Source of the DNA: Eubacteriales bacterium | Lineage (GTDB): Bacteria; Bacillota; Clostridia; Oscillospirales; CAG-382 | NCBI GenBank assembly: GCA_045531135.1 | Contig: JAZSDL010000018.1 | Span: 15,598-79,597 of the forward strand | Length of the DNA: 64,000 bases | Reading direction: 5' to 3' | Part shown: positions 1-6,998 of the stretch, in pieces | How the letters are laid out: each line of letters begins with the position of its first letter | Numbering within the stretch: position 1 is the first letter of the stretch | The notes under the pieces: model-generated | What the model saw: only the letters and a program-made list of their open reading frames with translations | Told to the model about the DNA's origin: nothing | The model's database searches: none | Program-made: the position numbers and the translations under genes

Positions 1-40
1 CTCAACAGCAGTATGACCGAACAAATAAAATTTCCCATAT

Positions 41-520
41 CTATTCATCCGTTTGGTTAGGAATTTGGTTGTCAATCGGTATTACGCTCATTTTTCCGGT
101 CCGCTCGAGTATTACCGTTTTGACAAACGACATATTTTCGTATCCGTTAATTCTCACCTGTGCTTCGATATCCTCAGCCGAAACACGTGCTTTCGTAAGG
201 TTTTGCTCGATAAAAGCACCGTTTTCGTACAGAGCTATCGGGTTGCCGTTTAATATCGCTCGGAAACGGTTGCTTTTTCGGCAGATAAAGGATATTATCA
301 CCTCAATAGAAGAAAGCATAACAAGCGGAATAACGCCCTGTAAAAGCGGTATGCCGTTGTCGGTCACCGCAAGCACGGCAAGCTCTGACAGAAATACGGT
401 AGTGACCAGCTCGGTCAGCTGCATCTCTCCGATCTGGCGCTTTCCCATAAGCTTCATCATCAGCGTAAGCAATATATAAAAGATAAAAGCCCGCATTAAA
501 ATTATCGACAAATTAAACAC
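41..520 (-). CDS. DUF421/YetF-like membrane protein
   Basis: 159-aa ORF with N-terminal TM helices followed by a soluble domain. Pattern GKRQIGEMQLTELV... is typical of the DUF421 family (from memory). Confidence 0.8.
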   Translation of the reverse strand: MFNLSIILMRAFIFYILLTLMMKLMGKRQIGEMQLTELVTTVFLSELAVLAVTDNGIPLLQGVIPLVMLSSIEVIISFICRKSNRFRAILNGNPIALYENGAFIEQNLTKARVSAEDIEAQVRINGYENMSFVKTVILERTGKMSVIPIDNQIPNQTDE

Positions 521-567
521 CCGAAAGCTATTATAGACATCGACAGCACTGTTTATACCGATTTTGC

Positions 568-596
568 TTGACGAGTTAAGACGTTTGTGCTAAAAT
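568..596 (+). promoter_or_regulatory. sigma-A type promoter (TTGACG-17-TAAAAT, TGn extended -10) embedded in a 9-bp inverted repeat
   Basis: -35 at 568-573 and -10 at 591-596 with a 17-nt spacer. The IR ACGTTTGTG (581-589) / CACAAACGT (599-607) brackets the -10. Confidence 0.5.
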
Positions 597-619
597 GTCA
601 CAAACGTGAGGTGACTGAT

Positions 620-1078
620 ATGAATCACAGAGAAATTGCGGAACAGCTTTTCCTTTCGGGATATAATTGTGCACAGGCGGTTTTTTGCGCGTTTTCGGAT
701 GTTACTGGAGTTGACAAGGATATGGGAATAAAGCTCATGTCGTCGTTTGGCGGCGGTATGGGCAAGCTGCGCGAGGTTTGCGGCGCCTGCTCGGGTGCTT
801 TTGCAGTTGCGGGTATCTTGTTCGGCAACACCGATCCCAATAATCACGCCGCAAAGAGCGATCATTATGCGCTTGTTCGCCGTATGGCAGAGGAATTTAA
901 GGCAAAGCACGGTACTTATAATTGCAAGGAGCTTATGTCCGGTATTGCCAATGCGCAGGGAAAGGACCCTGCCGAGCGCACACCTGAGTATTACAAAACC
1001 CGTCCTTGTGCACGCTTTGTGGGCGATATGGCGGAAATACTCGATATTATTATCGAGGAAAAAAGCAGAGAAAAATAA
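620..1078 (+). CDS. C_GCAxxG_C_C family redox protein
   Basis: Motifs NCAQAV and CGACSGA. ATG 620 is preceded by GAGG at 8 nt. The ORF-track start at 587 (GTG) lies upstream of the predicted transcription start. Confidence 0.85.
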   Translation: MNHREIAEQLFLSGYNCAQAVFCAFSDVTGVDKDMGIKLMSSFGGGMGKLREVCGACSGAFAVAGILFGNTDPNNHAAKSDHYALVRRMAEEFKAKHGTYNCKELMSGIANAQGKDPAERTPEYYKTRPCARFVGDMAEILDIIIEEKSREK

Positions 1079-1124
1079 AAAGCAAAAAAAATCCAAAAAA
1101 TTTCGATTTTTTTTCAAAAAGGTA

Positions 1125-1153
1125 TTGCAAAATACAAAAGTATATGTTATTAT
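1125..1153 (+). promoter_or_regulatory. promoter of the tRNA cluster (TTGCAA-17-TATTAT, TG at -15/-14)
   Basis: Consensus-like hexamers with a 17-nt spacer, ~28 nt upstream of the first tRNA. Confidence 0.5.
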
Positions 1154-1180
1154 AGTCAAGCGCGCTGATGCAGGCCATAC

Positions 1181-1257
1181 GGTTCGGTAGTTCAGTTGGT
1201 TAGAATGCCGCCCTGTCACGGCGGAGGTCGTGGGTTCGAGTCCCATCCGAATCGCCA
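1181..1257 (+). tRNA. tRNA-Asp (GTC)
   Basis: Acceptor GGTTCGG/CCGAATC, anticodon loop CTGTCAC, T-arm GGTTCGAGTCC, encoded CCA. Confidence 0.95.
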
Positions 1258-1300
1258 ATTTCACCTCTGCACAGAGCAGCATCTGAAAGCGCACGACCGT

Positions 1301-1376
1301 GCGGATTTAGCTCATTTGGTAGAGCGCCACCTTGCCAAGGTGGAGGTAGCGGGTTCGACCCCCGTAATCCGCTCCA
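1301..1376 (+). tRNA. tRNA-Gly (GCC)
   Basis: Acceptor GCGGATT/AATCCGC, anticodon loop TTGCCAA, encoded CCA. Confidence 0.95.
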
Positions 1377-1405
1377 ACTCCGCTTTATAATTAAAGCGGC
1401 GGTAT

Positions 1406-1479
1406 GGCGCCATAGCCAAGCGGTAAGGCAGAGGTCTGCAACACCTTTACCCCCAGTTCGATTCTGGGTGGCGCCTCCA
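1406..1479 (+). tRNA. tRNA-Cys (GCA)
   Basis: Acceptor GGCGCCA/TGGCGCC, anticodon loop CTGCAAC, discriminator T, encoded CCA. Confidence 0.95.
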
Positions 1480-1516
1480 AAACGTATATAACTTAATAAT
1501 ATAAACCCTTTTTGAT

Positions 1517-1592
1517 GCTGATGTGGCACAGGCGGTAGCGCACATCCTTGGTAAGGATGAGGTCATGAGTTCGAATCTCATCATCAGCTCCA
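1517..1592 (+). tRNA. tRNA-Thr (GGT)
   Basis: Acceptor GCTGATG/CATCAGC, anticodon loop TTGGTAA, encoded CCA. Confidence 0.95.
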
Positions 1593-1668
1593 GCGGATTT
1601 AGCTCATTTGGTAGAGCGCCACCTTGCCAAGGTGGAGGTAGCGGGTTCGAACCCCGTAATCCGCTCCA
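1593..1668 (+). tRNA. tRNA-Gly (GCC), second copy
   Basis: Near-identical to 1301-1376 (one T-arm difference). It starts immediately after the CCA of tRNA-Thr. Confidence 0.95.
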
Positions 1669-1673
1669 AAAAC

Positions 1674-1750
1674 GGTTCGGTAGTTCAGTTGGTTAGAATG
1701 CCGCCCTGTCACGGCGGAGGTCGTGGGTTCGAGTCCCATCCGAATCGCCA
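1674..1750 (+). tRNA. tRNA-Asp (GTC), second copy
   Basis: Identical sequence to 1181-1257. Confidence 0.95.
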
Positions 1751-1781
1751 TCGCTTTCCTGCAATAGCGGGGGAGTGATAT

Positions 1782-1857
1782 GCCTCTGTAGCTCAGTTGG
1801 TAGAGCAGGAGACTGAAAATCTCCGTGTCATTGGTTCAATTCCGATCGGAGGCACCA
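1782..1857 (+). tRNA. tRNA-Phe (GAA)
   Basis: Acceptor GCCTCTG/CGGAGGC, anticodon loop CTGAAAA, encoded CCA. Confidence 0.95.
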
Positions 1858-1860
1858 GAA

Positions 1861-1892
1861 AAAACTCCTTGAGATTTCTCAAGGAGTTTTTT
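1861..1892 (+). terminator. rho-independent terminator of the tRNA operon
   Basis: AAAACTCCTTGAG-ATTTC-TCAAGGAGTTTTTT hairpin plus T-run. Confidence 0.8.
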
Positions 1893-1894
1893 CA

Positions 1895-2058
1895 ATGATA
1901 TCCGTTCCTTACAAAACGGGTGATATACCTTCGGTATGATATTCACCTGCGATGGATGATATATGCTTCGCATATGAAGGAACGGATATTATATCATATT
2001 TGCAAGGCAAATATATCATACGGCTTGCCGTATATCATATCGCATAGCGATATTTCAT
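1895..2058. repeat. array of short perfect palindromes/hairpins with ATGATAT/ATATCAT flanking motifs
   Basis: Five perfect hairpins at 1925-1937, 1961-1975, 1996-2014, 2018-2033 and 2037-2053. There are 4 forward (A/G)TGATAT and 3-4 reverse ATATCAT motifs, plus an 11-bp long-range complement between 1898-1908 and 1979-1989. Confidence 0.6.
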
Positions 2059-2125
2059 TAAACACAACGCTCCGCATTGATTTATTTTCGCTTTTATGCT
2101 ATAATACACTCAGGGCGGTGATGAT

Positions 2126-2572
2126 ATGAAAAAGAAAATAATAATTGGAGTATTTTTATCTTTGATTTTAATTACTGTAATAATTTTTATCGTAGGTGCT
2201 ATATCGTCATATAATTATGATATAACAAACCATCCTGATGATAAATGGCTGGGATTTGGTGCTGTTTTGACTTTAATTGTTGGTGGTTTCGTAGTTGTTT
2301 ATGAGTTGGATCTGTTTTATACCGTATATTACTTTGTTATTAAACCTAAAACAATAGTAAAATCGGTACTCAATATTTTTGCGAATGTCAGCTTGCTGCT
2401 GATATTCTTTACCGGCTATATAGCTCATTTTCTTTATAAATATGTAGCCGAGTTTTTCCGTGAGGATATAATCATACTGCTTGCCTTGTTTATCGTATAC
2501 GTTGTTTTGAGAATTGTTAATATCTTTTTCTCTGCCGATAAAGCGAGCTGTGAGCATCAGGTGCAAAAATGA
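2126..2572 (+). CDS. hypothetical polytopic membrane protein
   Basis: 148-aa ORF with ~4 hydrophobic helices. Promoter TTGATT-17-TATAAT lies at 2077-2105. Its stop overlaps the next start (ATGA). Confidence 0.65.
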   Translation: MKKKIIIGVFLSLILITVIIFIVGAISSYNYDITNHPDDKWLGFGAVLTLIVGGFVVVYELDLFYTVYYFVIKPKTIVKSVLNIFANVSLLLIFFTGYIAHFLYKYVAEFFREDIIILLALFIVYVVLRIVNIFFSADKASCEHQVQK

Positions 2573-3114
2573 AAAAAGCTTTTTTGATTTTTATTTCGTG
2601 TTTATTGCTGTTTTGTTTTTCCGGCTGCGAGATCGGATACCAAGCGGCACCTCAGATAACCGAGGGAGAGTTTCCGTTTGTTGTTGAATATGAAATTAAC
2701 GGTCAGAATTATGTGATCGAGGATACGGTCGTATGCTCGTTCTATGGATATGACAAAACAAATGCTTTCTTGCCGTATTATCCGCGCACGTGGTATGCTT
2801 CTCTCAAAGACAACAGTGAGTCTGTAAGAACCTTTATTGAGTTAGAGCCGGATACAGAATCGGTACTTACAAAAGGCAGGATCAACAGTGAATCAAGGAT
2901 AGTTCTTTATTACGGACACGGCGGATATTATCTCGGCGATCCCGATGATTCGGATAAAGGTCCCTGCATTAATTATGTAGAGCATTATTATACGTCCGAA
3001 AAAGTCTCTCACAGCGTGCATACCGCGCTCACAAACGAGCAGCTTGAAGAATATTTCGGCATTAAAATAATCCGCTTTGAATTCAGCGAACCGATAGAAA
3101 ATAGTTTTGAATAG
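2569..3114 (+). CDS. hypothetical lipoprotein
   Basis: Signal peptide plus lipobox-like FCFSGC. Translationally coupled to the upstream ORF. Confidence 0.7.
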   Translation: MKKAFLIFISCLLLFCFSGCEIGYQAAPQITEGEFPFVVEYEINGQNYVIEDTVVCSFYGYDKTNAFLPYYPRTWYASLKDNSESVRTFIELEPDTESVLTKGRINSESRIVLYYGHGGYYLGDPDDSDKGPCINYVEHYYTSEKVSHSVHTALTNEQLEEYFGIKIIRFEFSEPIENSFE

Positions 3115-3143
3115 ATTATTGTACTGTTTATCAGAGGTATACT

Positions 3144-3578
3144 ATGAACTTTATAATTCGCAACGCAAATCCTTCGGATGCAGAGGGTATTTGGAAATTA
3201 AACAGCGAGGAAATGGGCTACAGCTACTCGCTCGAGGCAACAAAAGCAAAGCTGTTTAAGCTGTTAAGCAGCTCAAGCAACCGTATTTTTGTTGCTGTTG
3301 CCGACGGGCTTATTGTCGGCTATATTCACGCCACCGCCTATGAACTTCTGTTTGCTCCCTCTATGAGAAACGTTATGGCAATTGCCGTAAGCTCGGATTA
3401 CAAGCGCAACGGCATCGGCAGAGCACTTCTTGTCGAGGTCGAGAAATGGGCGGTAGAAAGCGGTTCTACGGGCGTTCGGCTCGTTTCGGGTGAAACAAGG
3501 ACAGAGGCACACGAATTTTATCGCCGTTGCGGTTATGTCAGCAATAAAAAACAGCTCAATTTCAAAAAGCTGATATAG
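3144..3578 (+). CDS. GNAT family N-acetyltransferase
   Basis: 144 aa with the acetyl-CoA binding block RNGIGRALL and an EFYRRCGY tail typical of GNAT. Confidence 0.85.
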   Translation: MNFIIRNANPSDAEGIWKLNSEEMGYSYSLEATKAKLFKLLSSSSNRIFVAVADGLIVGYIHATAYELLFAPSMRNVMAIAVSSDYKRNGIGRALLVEVEKWAVESGSTGVRLVSGETRTEAHEFYRRCGYVSNKKQLNFKKLI

Positions 3579-3587
3579 GTACTTGGA

Positions 3588-4538
3588 ATGATTAGGATAT
3601 CTGTTATACTGCTTTTGTGTATTGCCGTTGTTTTTTCCTTCTCGTCCTGTATTTATAGTGATGACTTTTCGTCGGATATATCCTCGGCAATCGGGCAAGA
3701 CAACCAAAGTGCTTCAAGCGATGAATCCTCGGATATCGTCAGCGTGCATACTTCGTCAGAGCTGTATGAAGCTTCCGAGGCATCAGAAACGCAGGACGAA
3801 TTAAAAAAGTTTTTCACAACCCGCCCCTGTTACACTGTGGGCACGAATGGGCTTCTGCAGGACAGTATAAAGGTCCATATATTTTTTATGGATGATTACG
3901 AGAGCGTATGGACAAAGCAGGAGATAAATGCCTATTTTAACAACCAAATAAAGCTCGGACTTGAGTTTATCGAGAAGGAGGCAAAGCGATACGGAGTACC
4001 GCTTACCGTCACCTATGAGATATACGGTACAGCTCTCGGCAAGGGGCAGGAGATAAAATACGAGGGTATTGTTTCCGACGGTTCAGACGGAACGCACGAT
4101 CTTGATCCCGTTACCTACGCCGCACATGATATCGGATATCCCAACAAGGCGCAGATGTATTACGATCTGTTCGAGAAGAACGATTATTGTGAGGTCGTTT
4201 TCCTTTCGGTCTTTAATAAAGACGGTATTTCTTATGCGCATCAGCACGAGGGCGATGATACAAACGGAGCGATAGTCGAGAGCGTAGTTGTATTTACAAG
4301 CTATCTCGGTTATGATTTTAAGCTTAACGAAAACACACATATGGCGGCCTCTGTCGCACACGAGATATTGCATATTTACGGCGCTGTCGATCTTTATGAT
4401 GACAAAGTAAGCGAATACGCAAAAACGAAATATGCCGATGATATAATGCTAATGGCATACCGTAATATCGATGAGATGAAGGTGGGTTTATATACCGCCT
4501 ATGCAGTCGGATGGCGCGAGCAACCACCCGTATTTTAA
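3588..4538 (+). CDS. putative secreted lipoprotein, metzincin-like zinc peptidase motif (HEILHIYGAVD)
   Basis: Lipobox FSFSSC, a Ser/Asp/Glu-rich linker, and HExxHxxGxxD encoded at 4359-4391. Confidence 0.7.
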   Translation: MIRISVILLLCIAVVFSFSSCIYSDDFSSDISSAIGQDNQSASSDESSDIVSVHTSSELYEASEASETQDELKKFFTTRPCYTVGTNGLLQDSIKVHIFFMDDYESVWTKQEINAYFNNQIKLGLEFIEKEAKRYGVPLTVTYEIYGTALGKGQEIKYEGIVSDGSDGTHDLDPVTYAAHDIGYPNKAQMYYDLFEKNDYCEVVFLSVFNKDGISYAHQHEGDDTNGAIVESVVVFTSYLGYDFKLNENTHMAASVAHEILHIYGAVDLYDDKVSEYAKTKYADDIMLMAYRNIDEMKVGLYTAYAVGWREQPPVF

Positions 4539-4542
4539 AAAT

Positions 4543-4579
4543 AAAAGAGTTTTCTGTAATATGCAGAAAACTCTTTTTG
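4543..4579 (+). terminator. rho-independent terminator
   Basis: AAAAGAGTTTTCTG-loop-CAGAAAACTCTTTT followed by T-run. Confidence 0.7.
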
Positions 4580-4588
4580 TTAACCGAA

Positions 4589-5332
4589 AACCCCGCCATA
4601 GTGGCGGGGTTCATTGTAGGCTAATGCCGATGAGTATAGACAGAAAAACTCCGATTGTGTTAAATTAGAAAAGACCTGCCAGTCAAAAACCAAAAACACA
4701 ATCGGAGGACATTAAAATGTTTAAGAAAGAAATCAATTTTAACGCCAGTAAAAGTTTAGCACATACAAAATGGAATTGCAAGTATCATATAGTATTTGCG
4801 CCGAAGTATAGAAGAAAAGTGTTTTATGAAGAAAAACGTGTAGAAATAAGAGAAATATTTAGGACGCTATGCCAATGGAAAGGGGTGGAAATAATAGAGG
4901 GGGAAGTATGTCCCGACCACATACATCTGTTGGTAAGCATACCGCCGAAAATGAGCGTATCAAGTTTTATGGGATATTTAAAAGGTAAGAGCAGTTTGAT
5001 GATCTTTGATAGCCATGCAAATTTGAAATACAAATATGGAACCGACATTTTTGGGCGAGAGGTTACTATGTGGATACCGTAGGACGCAATAAAAAGATGA
5101 TAGCGGAATACATAAAGAATCGACTAAGAGAGGACGAAATAAGCGATCAAATTAGTATGAAAGAATACATCGACCCGTTTACGGGTGGCAAGAACTTATA
5201 GGCAATAAGTAAAACTCTTTAGGGGTATCCGGAGAAAGGAATGTGGTCGGCAAACCTTTCCGCCACTTTAGGTATTTTGTCTGCATAATGCCCTTCCAGG
5301 GCTTATTCAAGCCTCCGGCTTAGCCGGAGGCT
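4589..5332 (+). mobile_element. IS200/IS605-family element (IS200-type, tnpA only)
   Basis: Y1 (HUH) transposase ORF flanked by subterminal 10-bp-stem hairpins at 4589-4611 and 5310-5332. The exact element ends were not determined. Confidence 0.75.
4717..5201 (+). pseudogene. tnpA: IS200 tnpA (Y1 HUH transposase), 1-nt frameshift near 5040
   Basis: Frame 1 reads ...PDHIHLLVSIPP...ANLKYKYG and then derails. The +1 frame continues HFWARGYYVDTVGRNKKMIAEYIKNRL...DPFTGGKNL* to 5201. The total length of 485 nt is not a multiple of 3. Confidence 0.8.
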
Positions 5333-5360
5333 TCTGTCTACAAACTAATTTTGTTACTTA

Positions 5361-6377
5361 TCATTTAGATTGACAAAACTTTAGAATTCTTGACGATGTA
5401 TACTGTGAAAGTATAGCTACAATTATAGTGCAAAGGACGAACGTTATCGTCGCAACCGGCCATTCAAAAAGGGTGTACATGTTGAATACGCCTCCTGTGA
5501 ATATTCCGTGTGCAAGATAAATGTGGTATGAATATTTGTCCAGAATGTTCATTACTGAAGAATCTGAAATTTTTTGGATTTGCGTGGGGAAAGTTTTGTA
5601 GAAGTAAGCAAACAGTGTCACAAACCAAGTGCCGAGCACACCGCGAGTTATCGCAACGTACGTTGAGTAAATAAATGTGTCATCCAAAAACTTTCGCAAT
5701 ATAATACGCATTATCGCGCAGACAAAAAAAGCAACGGTATGACCAACAAACCCTTTTGTGGTTATTCTATCCAACACAGCTCTTTTTCCGCAAAAATAGC
5801 CGATGGCAAATAATAAGAAATCATATGCCATAATATATTTTGAAATCAATATGGATAATATTGTTCCAATTATTGAAAACAACAATATAAAAGTACTATT
5901 GATGGTTGAAATGTGTTTTGTAAATGCCTGTAGCAACGGGACTAGAAGATAACAGAGCATAATTATGGTTGTAAACCATAAATGCCCCAATCCTTCTATT
6001 TCGTTATACATTCTACTGAAATTCCAATTTATCCACAGTATGCCTTCGACATCAAATAAATAGGCAATAATTGAACTTATCGAAACAGACTGATTTAACA
6101 TTAAAAGCGCCAAAATAACAAACAACGAAACAATAATCGCGGGAAGAGAAACGGTAAGGAAACGTGTGAAGTACCACTTTTTAAAGTCGTTGACTATTTT
6201 ATTGCCATATAAGTAACCTGAAATGAATATGAATAACTGTACCCCGCAACCGAAAAATTGCCCCAAAGCAATATTTGCAGGGATGAAATCATATAAAGGC
6301 ACAATATGGCATAGCACAATTATAAACATACCTAATATGCGCGCCAAAGAAATATATGTTTTTTTTGTATCGGGCAT
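5361..6377 (-). CDS. acyltransferase family 3 (OafA/YrhL-like) membrane O-acyltransferase
   Basis: 338 aa with ~10 TM helices. The N-terminal block RILGMFIIVLCHI is typical of Acyl_transf_3. Confidence 0.85.
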   Translation of the reverse strand: MPDTKKTYISLARILGMFIIVLCHIVPLYDFIPANIALGQFFGCGVQLFIFISGYLYGNKIVNDFKKWYFTRFLTVSLPAIIVSLFVILALLMLNQSVSISSIIAYLFDVEGILWINWNFSRMYNEIEGLGHLWFTTIIMLCYLLVPLLQAFTKHISTINSTFILLFSIIGTILSILISKYIMAYDFLLFAIGYFCGKRAVLDRITTKGFVGHTVAFFVCAIMRIILRKFLDDTFIYSTYVAITRGVLGTWFVTLFAYFYKTFPTQIQKISDSSVMNILDKYSYHIYLAHGIFTGGVFNMYTLFEWPVATITFVLCTIIVAILSQYTSSRILKFCQSK

Positions 6378-6413
6378 TGTTGATTGATCCTCTCGATTTT
6401 ACAACGAATTGCG

Positions 6414-6995
6414 TTATCCTATTGCGTACGCAAAATACCAGCGAGTGCCTTTTTTCACCGCAAGATATTCGCGCGTGGTGTCGGTATCGCCTTTGGTGAC
6501 CGTCATTTTTACGATAGCGATCTTCGAGATGTCATCAGAGCCGTTTTCGACCTTTTGGTCGTATTTTATCATCGCCTCGTTGTAGCGTCTGCTATCCTTC
6601 TCGTATTCGAGCGAGGAAACAAGCGCGAATTTGATCTCGTTTTCGCTGTATTGCGGCGACCGTCCCTCATATCCCTTTTTAAGATATGATTCAAGAAGTC
6701 TGTCGCTCGTTTCACGGTTGCCGTAAAGAACGGTTTTGTTATAGTCGGACGAATACTCTATCATTCCGTCTATATCATAAAGCAGAGCCGCTTTTTCGTA
6801 TTCCGCAATAGCTTTTTCGGGGTTCGGTGCTCCGCTGAAGACCGCATCGAATCCGATTATTAATCCCGCCGCAATAGCAACGCCGATAACCGCGCACAGT
6901 ATATAGATAAGCACTTTTTTTGTTTTGGGGCTCATCGTTTTCTTTTTGGCGAGTATTTCCTCGGGGGTATCGTAAATATCAATTTCTTTTCTCAT
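6414..6995 (-). CDS. hypothetical N-terminally membrane-anchored protein
   Basis: 193 aa with a single TM (VLIYILCAVIGVAIAAGLIIGF) followed by a soluble domain. It starts 3 nt after the upstream esterase gene. Confidence 0.65.
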   Translation of the reverse strand: MRKEIDIYDTPEEILAKKKTMSPKTKKVLIYILCAVIGVAIAAGLIIGFDAVFSGAPNPEKAIAEYEKAALLYDIDGMIEYSSDYNKTVLYGNRETSDRLLESYLKKGYEGRSPQYSENEIKFALVSSLEYEKDSRRYNEAMIKYDQKVENGSDDISKIAIVKMTVTKGDTDTTREYLAVKKGTRWYFAYAIG

Positions 6996-6998
6996 GGT

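Noticed and set aside
590-1294. 234-aa minus-strand ORF
   Set aside because: It runs antisense through the C_GCAxxG gene and into tRNA-Asp. It has no RBS and a low-complexity composition, so it is an artefact of the open antisense frame.
1895-2058. Hairpin array as a CRISPR array or degenerate tRNA
   Set aside because: The units are 13-19 bp with non-identical cores and no repeat-spacer periodicity. No cas genes are present, and no cloverleaf can be drawn.
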